64,000 nt of DNA from an uncultured Candidatus Saccharibacteria bacterium (GCA_964652615.1 CAZZAT010000001.1:87081-151080); one strand, 5' to 3'. Counted from the first letter of the stretch, positions 55,178-64,000 are shown. Notes: generated from the sequence alone by a model not told the origin. Made by a program: numbers and translations.

Positions 55178-56083
55178 TTAGAAGCCGCGAGCACCGCCGC
55201 CGCCGTTAAAGCCACCGCCGCCGCCCCAGCCTCGAAAACCGCCGGATGAACCGAACGGACCCGAGGAAGAGGAGCTGCTAGAGCCCGGAAGCGTGCTGTA
55301 GTAGCCGCCCGAAACTCCCGCCCCCCAGTCGCCGTTTTTGAAGACGAAGACCAAAGAGCTGATGAAAAGCCCTACCAGCAGGCAAATGCCGACTGATACC
55401 GCTATCGCCATAGCAGAGAACGGAACGAACGAAACTCCGAGCAAAAGCCCCCACGCTCCACCAGCCATCGCCCCACTCTTAATTCCAATTATGGAAAAGC
55501 CGAGCGTTGCAATGAAGCCTCCAATGAGGAGGAAGGACACGAGCGGGGGTGTTTTCGTTTCTTCAAGCGCTTCGTGGGATGCAGGTTCGAGTAATACTTT
55601 CTCGTACACCCCTTCGACCGCGCCCGAAAGCGCAGCCGCCCAGTTTTCGCTCCCGCGCGTAAGATGCGGAAGCACGTGCTCGTCAATGATGCGCGTAGCT
55701 ACCGAATCCGGCATGACACCTTGGAGGCCTCCTGCCGGCACGATTGCTATTTGCCGTTCGTTCGGAGCAAGCACGATGACGACGCCGTTGTCGACATTGC
55801 CTGCACTTTGCCCGACGCCCCATTCATTGCCGATTCTGTTTCCGTACTGCTTCACCGTCAGGCCGCCAAGCGATTGAGGAATCACCACGGCAATCTGGGG
55901 CTTTGCAGGAAGCGAAGCTTCGATTTCCCCTATCCGCGTCTCGAGCTGAAGCTCTTCGGCGTCGGAGAGAATGCCCGCTTCATCCGTAACGTAGCCGTCG
56001 TGAGAAGGCATACGCTCCTGCGCGCTAGCGCTCGTAGCAAGAGCTACGAGCGCCGCCGCAACAAGTGTGCGGAAGAAGGTCAA
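55178..56083 (-). CDS. TPM-domain protein (YgcG-like) with a C-terminal TM segment and Gly-rich tail
   Basis: Signal peptide, TPM domain (YVTDEAGILSDAEELQLETRIGEIE...VVIVLAPNERQIAIV), TM helices, then GGFRGWGGGGGFNGGGGARGF. Confidence 0.72.
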   Translation of the reverse strand: MTFFRTLVAAALVALATSASAQERMPSHDGYVTDEAGILSDAEELQLETRIGEIEASLPAKPQIAVVIPQSLGGLTVKQYGNRIGNEWGVGQSAGNVDNGVVIVLAPNERQIAIVPAGGLQGVMPDSVATRIIDEHVLPHLTRGSENWAAALSGAVEGVYEKVLLEPASHEALEETKTPPLVSFLLIGGFIATLGFSIIGIKSGAMAGGAWGLLLGVSFVPFSAMAIAVSVGICLLVGLFISSLVFVFKNGDWGAGVSGGYYSTLPGSSSSSSSGPFGSSGGFRGWGGGGGFNGGGGARGF

Positions 56084-56086
56084 TGG

Positions 56087-56704
56087 TTATTCCTCCTTCG
56101 GAAGGCCGAGGTCAGGCATTTCAACCTGCGCTTCCTCGGTCGTTTTGTAGAAGTCGCGCGGCGGGAATCTCGAGCCGGCGACAAATTGGCCGAAGAAGCT
56201 CGAGACCGCAGCGTTGTATTCCGCAGTCGTGCGGTTCCAGACCTCGCGCGAGTGCGCGATACGATCTTGGCTTCCAGCCGTTTCCGTTGCGAGCGTTTGA
56301 TAGAGCTCGATCGATTTGAGCTCCGGATAGCGCTCGAATACGGCGCGGATGTTGAGCATCGCGCCGGCAACGTCCGACTGCGATTCCAGCAGTTGTCGCT
56401 GGAGTTCTGGGTCTTGGGCGATGTCGCTTGGCGAGACGCCGGCGATAGCAGAGCGAGCTTCGATGATCTCGATGAGGCCGCCGATTTCGACTGCTGCGCC
56501 GCGTTCGGCAATATTGGCAAGCTCCGGCAGCAGGTTTTTCTGCCGCTGGAGGTACACCTGGACATCGGCGATAGACCGCTCAACGCCCTGATTCTTCCGA
56601 ACGATGTCGTCGTACGTTGAGACGTAGCCGACACCAATCGCCGCCGCGAGGACGACGAGGATGATAAGAGCCCATTTCATGCGTTTCTTACTCCAAAAGG
56701 ACAA
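56087..56704 (-). CDS. LemA family protein (second paralog, paired with the TPM protein)
   Basis: N-terminal TM helix and LemA core; the LemA-TPM gene pair is a conserved module. Confidence 0.8.
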   Translation of the reverse strand: MSFWSKKRMKWALIILVVLAAAIGVGYVSTYDDIVRKNQGVERSIADVQVYLQRQKNLLPELANIAERGAAVEIGGLIEIIEARSAIAGVSPSDIAQDPELQRQLLESQSDVAGAMLNIRAVFERYPELKSIELYQTLATETAGSQDRIAHSREVWNRTTAEYNAAVSSFFGQFVAGSRFPPRDFYKTTEEAQVEMPDLGLPKEE

Positions 56705-56777
56705 CGGGGGAACACCCCCGAGCCTGTCGAATATAATGCTACTTATATGTCATAAAGTCAAGTATGCGGAAGAACGC

Positions 56778-56810
56778 AAAAACCGCGCCAGCTTCTGCTG
56801 GCGCGGTTTT
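56778..56810. terminator. Bidirectional intrinsic terminator
   Basis: AAAACCGCGCCAGC-TTCTGC-TGGCGCGGTTTT. Confidence 0.65.
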
Positions 56811-56937
56811 CGTTCGGCTACTGCATGAACGCAAATGGCGTCATGGAAAGCACGAGTGCAAGGCCTGCTAGGACGACGAACAGCACCTTCGTCGCATGCC
56901 AGAGCGCTTTTTTAATATCTCCCTTTTTCATGCTGCC

Positions 56938-57519
56938 TTAGAGCGTAAAGAGTGTCTCGTAATTACCGCGCATGCCGCTCTCTCCTTCCGCGCCTTCTTC
57001 TAGAACGCCCTGCTTCACTACATACTGGCCGTTCTCATAAAAGACGCCCACCTCATCGCCTCCTCCGGCAAACCAGCAGATGACGCCGGTGAGTTCGTTT
57101 GGCGCAAGCTCCCATGACGAACCGTTAATGACAAGACACGAACCGTCAAAAGTGCCTATGTCACGCGCTTCGCCGTTTACGGAAAGCGTTACGGCCGTGC
57201 GAGGCGCCCCGGTCTCGCCGTCTCCTCCTGCGGGAGCGAACTCCCAGAGAAACGAAGGCTTCTCACCTACCTGCTCTTCAGCGGCGTTCTCTCCCTCAAG
57301 TGCTTCTTCGCTTGCAGAAGGCGCCTTTGCGCTCTGGTTTAGCAGGAGGTAGCCGATGCCGCCGAGTACTAGCACAACAATAAGAGGCACGAGCCACTTA
57401 TTGGCTTTCTTTTCGCCTTTAGGCTCCGGCATCTTTACCGGGGGCTTAGGCGGTACCGGCATAGCCGATGGGCCTTTATTCTGACTGCTTCCTAATGGGA
57501 TTGGTTGATTGGTGTCCAT
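56938..57519 (-). CDS. Hypothetical membrane-anchored protein (193 aa)
   Basis: Pro/Lys-rich N-terminus, a TM helix and a C-terminal ordered domain with two Cys; no known motif. Confidence 0.5.
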   Translation of the reverse strand: MDTNQPIPLGSSQNKGPSAMPVPPKPPVKMPEPKGEKKANKWLVPLIVVLVLGGIGYLLLNQSAKAPSASEEALEGENAAEEQVGEKPSFLWEFAPAGGDGETGAPRTAVTLSVNGEARDIGTFDGSCLVINGSSWELAPNELTGVICWFAGGGDEVGVFYENGQYVVKQGVLEEGAEGESGMRGNYETLFTL

Positions 57520-57633
57520 ATGCGCCTAGGATACCACCCTGTCAACGTTGTTGACTTGTACCTGTGGATGTCCCTTTATGCGAACACCGCCCGCAAAGTG
57601 CGGGCGGTGTTCCAAGCATTGTTTCCTTCGGAA

Positions 57634-58047
57634 CTAGTGCTTCTTCATCTTATGGTCAAGCGACCACTTCCCTGCACCGGTAATCATAAGCGAAACCGAA
57701 GCGGCAAGGATAAGTAGGATGAATTCGGAACCGCCCCATCCTTGCTTCAAGTGAACAGCAAGGAATGCAACGAGCGCAACGAAAGCGAGAATCTTCGCTA
57801 CCCAGTGCGTCCACGCGCCAAGGATAAGAAGGATACCGCCGCCAAGTTCTGCTGCGATAAGAAGCACCGCAAACACTTCAGGAGCTGGGAAACCAAGGCT
57901 ACCAAGAAAGCCTGCAACACCTGGCACGCCGCCTACAAACTTCTGCCATCCGTGTGCAACGAAGATGGCACCGAGAATAACGCGGAGAAACAGCGGTGCA
58001 AACGCCTGCCATTTCTCGCCACACTTACAGGTAAGGAATTTCATCAT
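57634..58047 (-). CDS. DoxX family membrane protein
   Basis: FLRVILGAIFVAHGWQKF... with four TM helices. Confidence 0.78.
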   Translation of the reverse strand: MMKFLTCKCGEKWQAFAPLFLRVILGAIFVAHGWQKFVGGVPGVAGFLGSLGFPAPEVFAVLLIAAELGGGILLILGAWTHWVAKILAFVALVAFLAVHLKQGWGGSEFILLILAASVSLMITGAGKWSLDHKMKKH

Positions 58048-58085
58048 GATGAAAGTAATTAATTAATCTGTCCCTCTATTGTACC

Positions 58086-58520
58086 CTACGCGCCGGGCTT
58101 CCTGATACTTGGAATGCGCGGGATAAGCGCTCCCATAACTCCTGCAATTGCAGCGATAGCGTAGAAGCCAAAGCCGATAGTCATGCCTACCGCAGCGGCA
58201 TACCAGAGTGAAGCAGCGGTCGTAAGGTTGTGTACGTTATGTCCGTCTTTGAGGATAAGACCGGCGCCAAGAAAACCAATGCCCGTTACTACTTGTGCGG
58301 CAATGCGTGAAGTTGATTCAGGATCAACACTAGCCGAAAGGAAGGTGAAGAGCATTGAGCCTGCGATAACAAGAATATGTGTCGAGATACCAGCATCTTT
58401 ACCTCGGTTCTCGCGCTCGGCACCCATAAGAAAGCCGATAATAACCGCAAGTACAAACCCTATAAGAAACTGACTTTCAATTGGTCCGATGAGTGCATCC
58501 ATATGTGTAGATGGTAGCAC
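58086..58520 (-). CDS. MgtC/SapB family membrane protein
   Basis: GFLMGAERENRGKDAGISTHILVIAGSMLF... MgtC signature. Confidence 0.72.
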   Translation of the reverse strand: MLPSTHMDALIGPIESQFLIGFVLAVIIGFLMGAERENRGKDAGISTHILVIAGSMLFTFLSASVDPESTSRIAAQVVTGIGFLGAGLILKDGHNVHNLTTAASLWYAAAVGMTIGFGFYAIAAIAGVMGALIPRIPSIRKPGA

Positions 58521-58724
58521 GCGAACTATAGTCCAAGCTCAATAGTCGTTTCTGAAGGCGCTTCTTCCGCTGCTTGTTGTTTCTCGTAATACACGTAGTA
58601 GTTCAACGCAAAGAAACCAAGAATGAGACACAGCCCGATAAGTACGAGAATGATGATGTTTTTGGTCATAGCGTGAGTATAACAAGAACGCACCGATTCC
58701 TCGGTGCGTTCTGTGTCTAGCGCA

Positions 58725-58982
58725 CTATGGCGTTACAGGTGGCGTTGGATCAATTGGCACATCCATCGTTGCAGGAAGCGCATCATCAGCCTCGTCTATA
58801 AGAAGCACGCCTGACGTGGCCGCAATTGAGGGCGCTGTCATGATAGCGGTCTGCGCGTCTGGAGCAATAGTTGTCATGATGTCTCCAGTATAGGAAACAT
58901 ACTGATAGGTTGCTGCAAATGCCATACTTGGAAGTACGGCTGCAGCACTAAAAGCAGTAATAACAGTCAAAAGAATCTTCAT
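58725..58982 (-). CDS. Small secreted hypothetical protein (85 aa after signal-peptide start)
   Basis: Signal peptide MKILLTVITAFSAAAVLPSMAFA followed by a Pro/Thr/Ala-rich tail. Confidence 0.4.
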   Translation of the reverse strand: MKILLTVITAFSAAAVLPSMAFAATYQYVSYTGDIMTTIAPDAQTAIMTAPSIAATSGVLLIDEADDALPATMDVPIDPTPPVTP

Positions 58983-59139
58983 AGGTGTGTTACAAGCATT
59001 ACGGCTGGTAATACTTCTAGTACACACGAAAAGTGATGAGATTTTGATTAACATGTGTCTGCTACCAGAGTTGGATACGTTTAGAACAGTTGACTGGAGA
59101 GGACTTGCTCTAGAAGCAATTTCTTGCCCTAACGCACCC

Positions 59140-59709
59140 CTAACTCCTTACTACATCGAGGAGTTCAGGGAACTCACTCGTTCCCATATCCCCCTGGGTA
59201 TAGTGTCCGTGGTTTGGCAGATCTATTACTTCCCCACCTAGCGCCTCATGAAATACACGAAGACTCTCTTTCCCGTCCTCTTCTTCGTCGTTCGATGTAA
59301 ACATTACAATCTCTCCCACACGCTCTGAAATTCCTTTGTCTATTTCATATCCGTAGTATCCCTCACGCAACTGGTCTCCAATGCCAGGAATCTTCCAAGG
59401 AGCGACAAGAACGAGCTTGGCAACCTTTTGTTTTGTATCGCCCAACCAACGAACAAGAAAAGCTGCTCCGCAACTATGTCCTATGAGGATGTCATTTTCT
59501 CCGATAGGATTCTTCTCAAATTCTACTTTAAACGCTTGGTAGTCTGGATACCAAGGATTTGGCATGAGAGGCGTATTTACCTCTATTCCTTCCTTTTGGA
59601 ATTCTCCTTTGAGCCACGGAATCCAGTGTTTATCGTAAGTGCGAGTTTCTGAATTCATCGCTTTCTCAACATCAGAAGGACAACCGTGAAGAACGTGTAT
59701 CGTTCTCAT
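59140..59709 (-). CDS. Alpha/beta-fold serine hydrolase, RBBP9/YdeN family
   Basis: ILIGHSCGAAF (GxSxG nucleophile elbow) and LPNHGHY catalytic His region; ~190 aa as for this family. Confidence 0.68.
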   Translation of the reverse strand: MRTIHVLHGCPSDVEKAMNSETRTYDKHWIPWLKGEFQKEGIEVNTPLMPNPWYPDYQAFKVEFEKNPIGENDILIGHSCGAAFLVRWLGDTKQKVAKLVLVAPWKIPGIGDQLREGYYGYEIDKGISERVGEIVMFTSNDEEEDGKESLRVFHEALGGEVIDLPNHGHYTQGDMGTSEFPELLDVVRS

Positions 59710-60023
59710 ATGACTTCAATCGGGTATACGTCCGTTGCTGGTTCCTCGTATGGATGTGCTTCTCTTATTGCCTTAAGCACATCTTGCAGTTTGTTTTCCT
59801 CACAGACTGTCTCAATGCGATCTTCTGAAACCTCTTCGAGTTTCCCTACAGAACCAATGGTTGGATTTGCTCCTTTTTCAGGCTTGAAACGACCAGTTCC
59901 TTTCAGGGTAAAAGTGCAGTGGGAATAGTTTCCGATCTTTCCTGCGCCAGCATTACCTATGACTTCACGGATTTTGTCCGCATCGTTTTCCGGAACATAG
60001 ACTACGACTTTGTACCTTTTCAT
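59706..60023 (-). CDS. Small NIF3-like (C-terminal domain) / YqfO-like protein
   Basis: KVVVYVPENDADKIREVIGNAGAGKIGNYSHCTF...GSVGKLEEVSEDRIETVCEE...AHPYEEPATDVYPIE pattern. Confidence 0.45.
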   Translation of the reverse strand: MKRYKVVVYVPENDADKIREVIGNAGAGKIGNYSHCTFTLKGTGRFKPEKGANPTIGSVGKLEEVSEDRIETVCEENKLQDVLKAIREAHPYEEPATDVYPIEVI

Positions 60024-60025
60024 AC

Positions 60026-60457
60026 TTATGACTGGGGTGGAATGCCGCGACGCTCTAGATCCTCTTTAGTTTCAAATTCAAGGTAGTTTTGTGTTAGTTC
60101 TTCTCCTTTTTTTATATCTCGGCTAGCAACTAAATAGGCGTCAGTATGTTCTGGGTCCTGAGTAACGGAACCTTCATACGCGTGATTAATGAAGTGGGTC
60201 ACGTCAAAATCTACGTGCCATTTCTGACTAGGCTCATCAAAGAACCCCCACCAAAGAATTTCTTGCTTCTCCTTTTCGTCCAATGAATCAAATTCTTCTT
60301 GGGTGATATTCACATCAAGAAGTGGGCTAGGAGTATAGATTAGTTGACCCTTCTCGATATCTTGATCAGCGAAAAGACCAACACCATGATACGGCGAGGT
60401 ATTTAGTTTGTACTTGATGTGAATCATGGTGAAAGTATACCAATGTTCTGAATTCAA
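60026..60457 (-). CDS. SET-domain protein (putative lysine methyltransferase)
   Basis: GVGLFADQDIEKGQLIY and HFINHAYEGSV...AYLVASRDIKKGEELTQNY match the SET N- and C-terminal signature regions (NHxC-like and ELxxxY). Confidence 0.58.
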   Translation of the reverse strand: MNSEHWYTFTMIHIKYKLNTSPYHGVGLFADQDIEKGQLIYTPSPLLDVNITQEEFDSLDEKEKQEILWWGFFDEPSQKWHVDFDVTHFINHAYEGSVTQDPEHTDAYLVASRDIKKGEELTQNYLEFETKEDLERRGIPPQS

Positions 60458-60600
60458 ATGGCCTTCGGTTTTTTAAGCCAAGAAATACGCGGTCAAAAAC
60501 GTGCTGGACAGTCCGAGCCAGAACTAATTCAAGTCTTGTAAAACATAGTCCGTTTGGTGGCTAGATTCTGATACGCTCGACGCTCTTAGGACAAGCAGAA

Positions 60601-61353
60601 TTAGACCTGCGGACGCTTCCGACATTCCCCTTCTACATAGTCGATTAAAGACTCGGTTCCTTTGAGTAGTTTCATAAAATCAACTTCGAACAAGCGAGCA
60701 TATACGGAATTCTCTCCACGACTTGCTCCGTATGAGCGGTCGCGAGTAATGTGAACTAACTCGTCACGCAACTTCTTTAGCTCGACATAGTCCTGCCAGA
60801 ATGACTGCGAAGCTGGAGAGGTGAAAGCATAGTGGCCAGGAAGGACGCTCTTTAGTTTTTCGTCTAATGACAGGAAGAGGACTTGCTCTATCGAAAGCAC
60901 CACATCCCTTTTAACTTGGAGTCGCATTCCCCACAACTTCAATACAGTTACATCTTTTCGCACTACATAGTGTAGGTCTTTGGCGAGCTCGATATGCAGA
61001 TTAGCGATAAACTCGATGGTCGCGTGGAGCAGGATAATTGCGATGCTTCCCGTCTCAAAAAAATCTAGTGCACTGTCCTTATCTCCAAAAGCATCACCGA
61101 CAGTAGGGTCTTTCGAGTTCATTGGACGGCGACTCGCCTGTGCGGCGGCTTTCTTCTTTAGACATTCGTCAATGAGTGCTTCAGCGCGATTAAGGTACAT
61201 CCCGTCGACCTTTGGCGCATAGAACCATGTGGCGATGCCAGTATCTTTTTCGGTAAATTTATCTATGAAAGCAATCGGTGCACCGACAGCGTGCTCAAAG
61301 CGTCCAATTTTCGCTGGCTTTGCTAACGTTGTCTCAACAGTTCTCGGTCTCAT
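60601..61353 (-). CDS. Hypothetical protein with a HEPN-like Rx4H motif
   Basis: 250 aa; C-terminal KKLRDELVHITRDRS fits the HEPN Rx4-6H RNase motif; otherwise unassigned. Confidence 0.45.
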   Translation of the reverse strand: MRPRTVETTLAKPAKIGRFEHAVGAPIAFIDKFTEKDTGIATWFYAPKVDGMYLNRAEALIDECLKKKAAAQASRRPMNSKDPTVGDAFGDKDSALDFFETGSIAIILLHATIEFIANLHIELAKDLHYVVRKDVTVLKLWGMRLQVKRDVVLSIEQVLFLSLDEKLKSVLPGHYAFTSPASQSFWQDYVELKKLRDELVHITRDRSYGASRGENSVYARLFEVDFMKLLKGTESLIDYVEGECRKRPQV

Positions 61354-61358
61354 TCAAA

Positions 61359-61721
61359 TCAGCCTTTTATTTTCTTAACAATCCACTTCCATACCGGACG
61401 CCAGTTACCGCGAATATCATCGGCGATCTTCCTGCTTTCGTTTATCGCCCAGGCAGCAGCTATACCGAATGTGGAGAGGGCCAGAGCGGCAGCGTACGGA
61501 TTGCCGATCATTTCCACGAACTTCTCTGTACCCATAATCCCCTGTACCGATACGAGAAGGATAAGGCCAAAAAAGACGCTCTGGCCAAAGTATTCGAAAT
61601 CCCCTGGGCGTCCGAGCTTCGCGAAGTGACGATAGGACCACGCAAAGACAAACCCTGGCAGAACAAACAGGAAGAGATGGAATAGGTCTATCGGGGCCTC
61701 AGGCATGTCGTAATGGTACAC
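61359..61721 (-). CDS. Hypothetical three-TM membrane protein (120 aa)
   Basis: Three hydrophobic helices and a basic C-terminus; immediately downstream of the 250-aa protein (6-nt gap). Confidence 0.45.
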   Translation of the reverse strand: MYHYDMPEAPIDLFHLFLFVLPGFVFAWSYRHFAKLGRPGDFEYFGQSVFFGLILLVSVQGIMGTEKFVEMIGNPYAAALALSTFGIAAAWAINESRKIADDIRGNWRPVWKWIVKKIKG

Positions 61722-61797
61722 CTACCGTCAAATCCTGCCATTTACCATAAAACGAGAAGGCCCCGCTGCCGGGACCTTCTACACTTTCTACACCCAA

Positions 61798-62184
61798 TCA
61801 ATATTTGGGTACCTCCTTGCCTGCGTTCTTCAGCTCAAGCTGCTCCTCGATATTGATGAGCCGGAGCTGTAAATCGTGCAGGTACTGCATGTGATGCTTC
61901 GGGTGCCACTTCCGACTCGCGCGCTCGAGCGTGAACCGTATGGCCCATTTCTTACGTTCCAGCACATCCGCTCGAAGCATCTCTTCGGCAAGCGGGACTT
62001 CAATCCGCTCATATACCTCGTCCACCTTCCGCGCGAATGCTGGATCATTGAGACGCTTGTTGTAGTAGCTCTTCCGATCTAGGTCTAGTGCCTTGCATGT
62101 GTGTGCAATGGAACCGAAGTACTCATGCAATACCTGAGGAAACACTTCCCACACCGAGTCTGATATTTTCTTTCCCTGTGACAT
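61798..62184 (-). CDS. Hypothetical HTH-like protein (128 aa)
   Basis: Putative HTH AHTCKALDLDRKSYYNKRL; preceded by a perfect palindrome. Confidence 0.42.
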   Translation of the reverse strand: MSQGKKISDSVWEVFPQVLHEYFGSIAHTCKALDLDRKSYYNKRLNDPAFARKVDEVYERIEVPLAEEMLRADVLERKKWAIRFTLERASRKWHPKHHMQYLHDLQLRLINIEEQLELKNAGKEVPKY

Positions 62185-62188
62185 AAGC

Positions 62189-62211
62189 CAATACTGTTAG
62201 ATCTGCTAACA
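62189..62211. promoter_or_regulatory. Perfect 9-bp inverted repeat TACTGTTAG-ATCTG-CTAACAGTA (candidate operator)
   Basis: Lies 5 nt upstream of the start codon of the HTH-like gene. Confidence 0.4.
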
Positions 62212-62370
62212 GTAGGGCTCTCGATGAACCTTTTGGGCAAGGACGAGAGTTCTCCCACAAATTCTCCTTAACCTTTAGGGGCGTTCGGTCGCGCGACTTA
62301 CGCGATTATCGTTCGCTTGCGGGCCTGGGGTCTACAGGTTATCCGGCTTTGTATCCCCATTATACCTTGG

Positions 62371-62604
62371 TCATTCTTCCGGCTTCAGTCCCTTCTGGCG
62401 GAAGCAGGAATCGTAGAGGAGTTTGTAGGTGGCCTCAGCTCCAGAAAGGCTGCGCTGCTCTGAGGCCGCCTCCCGAGCCTTGGCATCGCATTCCTTACGC
62501 ACCTCCCCTGGGTAAATGACGAGGCGACCGAATGCCATAAGCGCGATAACAACCACCACTACGGCGGCAAGAATCCAGAAGACTATTTTCATCCATTTCT
62601 TCAT
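62371..62604 (-). CDS. Small membrane-anchored protein (77 aa)
   Basis: N-terminal TM helix; overlaps the upstream gene's stop region by a small gap. Confidence 0.4.
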   Translation of the reverse strand: MKKWMKIVFWILAAVVVVVIALMAFGRLVIYPGEVRKECDAKAREAASEQRSLSGAEATYKLLYDSCFRQKGLKPEE

Positions 62605-62606
62605 AC

Positions 62607-63230
62607 CTATGCGCAGAGGTTCTCATTTAGCTCATTCATCAGGTTCTGCATTTCTGGCGTACTTCGCAGTGCCTCGATGGCCTTATCCATATCCTCACTA
62701 ACAGCGTCGATTTCGTCCTTTTTGGCTTCTAGTTTCTCGCGTGCTGCCTCAAACTCGTCTGGCCTATCTGCCGCCTTGAGCAGGTTGTATTGCTCGATGA
62801 GTTCCTTGCGTTCCTCTTGGAGCGGTTTCATCTTGGCGTCGAATGGCGCTCGTACCATCTCTTCCTTTGCGCTGATCTGTGAACTCAACTCCGAGCACAT
62901 TTCGCGGCGCGCTTCGTTCGCGCGCGTCCCTTCGGTCTCTGAAAGCACGGTATCCGTCTTGAGGCGGAGATTCTCATTCTCAAGCTTGAGCCGTTCTATT
63001 TCGAGTTCAGTCTCACTCTTGTTCTCGGAAACTTCTTCGCTCAGCTGAGCGTGCTCATCTTCGAGAACAGAGACCCTACCGATCAATGAGTCGACTTGGT
63101 TCGCGATGATAGCGATTGCCTCGTCAGGAGATTTTCCTTGTATGAGGGAGTATGTAAACGAACTTCCTGCCGCGATTGCGGGTACGCCGAAGAGTATTCC
63201 TAAAACAATTCCCAGTATTTGTAATTTCAT
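62607..63230 (-). CDS. Secreted coiled-coil protein (207 aa)
   Basis: Signal peptide then extended heptad-rich Glu/Lys/Leu sequence. Confidence 0.5.
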   Translation of the reverse strand: MKLQILGIVLGILFGVPAIAAGSSFTYSLIQGKSPDEAIAIIANQVDSLIGRVSVLEDEHAQLSEEVSENKSETELEIERLKLENENLRLKTDTVLSETEGTRANEARREMCSELSSQISAKEEMVRAPFDAKMKPLQEERKELIEQYNLLKAADRPDEFEAAREKLEAKKDEIDAVSEDMDKAIEALRSTPEMQNLMNELNENLCA

Positions 63231-63511
63231 AGCTCACTGTATGGCTTAGCCAATAACAGTGGCGGGTAACACAAAACCCGCCACCAGAGAGGAGCCTTAC
63301 GGACATCCCCTACCAGGGTTTCCCCTGATAACACAACGAAGGCCCTGATGACGGGTTTTCTATCTTCGTTGTGTTTTTAGACCATGCCCGAGGAATCCCT
63401 CGAGTTTAGGTCCTGCCCATTACAGGCCTTTATTCAGTTGTAGTCCTGTGATGCCCAGAAAGGCACCACTTCTAAAGTGTAGCCCAAGATGGTTCCTGCG
63501 CGAAGAGGGGT

Positions 63512-64000
63512 TTAAAAAGTGACCCGCGTCAGGCTAACTGCCTCTCCCTTTACAAGACTCGTGAAGGTTAGTAAATCCGCCTCAGTGATTACTAAGTTAT
63601 ATCCTTGTGTGTAACTCTTTCCTTGAGTGAGGCTTATGAGCCTCACTCCACCCTGGCTGAATTTCTTTACGGGATCTTGCGAGTATTTTGCCATATCCCC
63701 TTCGTGATGTACCAAGCAATTCCTTATTAGTTTGAGCTCTTCAAGGTTGCCACTAAAAGCACCTAGAGCCTCCCAATACGTCCAAAGCATTATGCAGTAA
63801 GCATGGCACATTCGAACGTAATCATTTATGACGATTGGAGTAAACGCCGTACTGGAACCAGAGACAACGAGTGATGCGTTTTGGGTAGATGGTTGAAGTT
63901 GAATTGGAGACCTTAATTCAAGAACAGATTTATTTGGCTGAATATAGTCTGAATAGAATCTCTCCAGACTTTCGATACAGGCTTTGAATCGAATCTCGAC
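63512..64000 (-). CDS. Partial CDS (N-terminus beyond the window) with a C-terminal HEPN-like RNxxxH motif
   Basis: The reading frame stays open from 63811 to the window edge (the ORF track starts it at an internal Met); LKLIRNCLVHHEGD fits the HEPN Rx4H motif. Confidence 0.42.
   Translation of the reverse strand, partial: VEIRFKACIESLERFYSDYIQPNKSVLELRSPIQLQPSTQNASLVVSGSSTAFTPIVINDYVRMCHAYCIMLWTYWEALGAFSGNLEELKLIRNCLVHHEGDMAKYSQDPVKKFSQGGVRLISLTQGKSYTQGYNLVITEADLLTFTSLVKGEAVSLTRVTF

Overview
This 64 kb window is mostly housekeeping genes from a small-genome, moderately GC-rich bacterium (gene content and small proteins suggest a Patescibacteria/CPR-like lineage, which is inference), plus three regions that look accessory.

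Main content, in order:
- Translation and chaperones: valS, lepA, typA/bipA, groES-groEL.
- Envelope and division: murJ, mltG, ftsB-like septum protein, secG, LemA-HtpX pair, family-5 solute-binding protein.
- RNA enzymes: RNase J and a DEAD-box helicase, both with unusual N-terminal Arg/Gly-rich tails.
- Oxidative repair and disulfide genes: glutaredoxin, VKOR, msrB, msrA, a DsbA-like protein.
- Efflux and regulation: RND efflux pair (membrane fusion protein + permease), ECF sigma with an anti-sigma-like partner.
- Other: ABC-F ATPase, alkB, M23 peptidase.
- Four tRNAs (Phe-GAA, Arg-CCT, Gly-CCC, Ser-GGA).
- A bacterial type-A RNase P RNA (rnpB) that the ORF track misreads as protein.

The most unusual locus is a ~2.5 kb island (44.28–46.80 kb) between the VIT transporter gene and alkB.
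- It is a tandem array of self-contained cassettes. Each has a conserved ~30-nt motif (consensus GCTGGCTGTCTGGGACGCTGTTGGAACCTTT, five good copies plus one degenerate copy) and a near-consensus sigma-70 promoter.
- Each cassette then carries a Shine-Dalgarno site, a small orphan protein gene and its own intrinsic terminator.
- The first cassette expresses a ~250-nt structured non-coding transcript instead of a protein.
- I cannot assign a function. It looks like a regulon-in-a-row or a cassette-type accessory module, possibly tied to the neighbouring ECF sigma/anti-sigma pair.

Other accessory features:
- A low-GC type II restriction-modification pair (C5-cytosine methyltransferase and a convergent restriction endonuclease) preceded by an AbrB/MazE-fold putative controller.
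- A lower-GC 3' segment (59–64 kb) with a SET-domain protein, an RBBP9-like hydrolase, two proteins carrying HEPN-type Rx4H motifs (one cut off at the window edge) and a perfect palindromic operator-like site.

All calls come from reading the sequence and remembered family motifs. No database searches were run.
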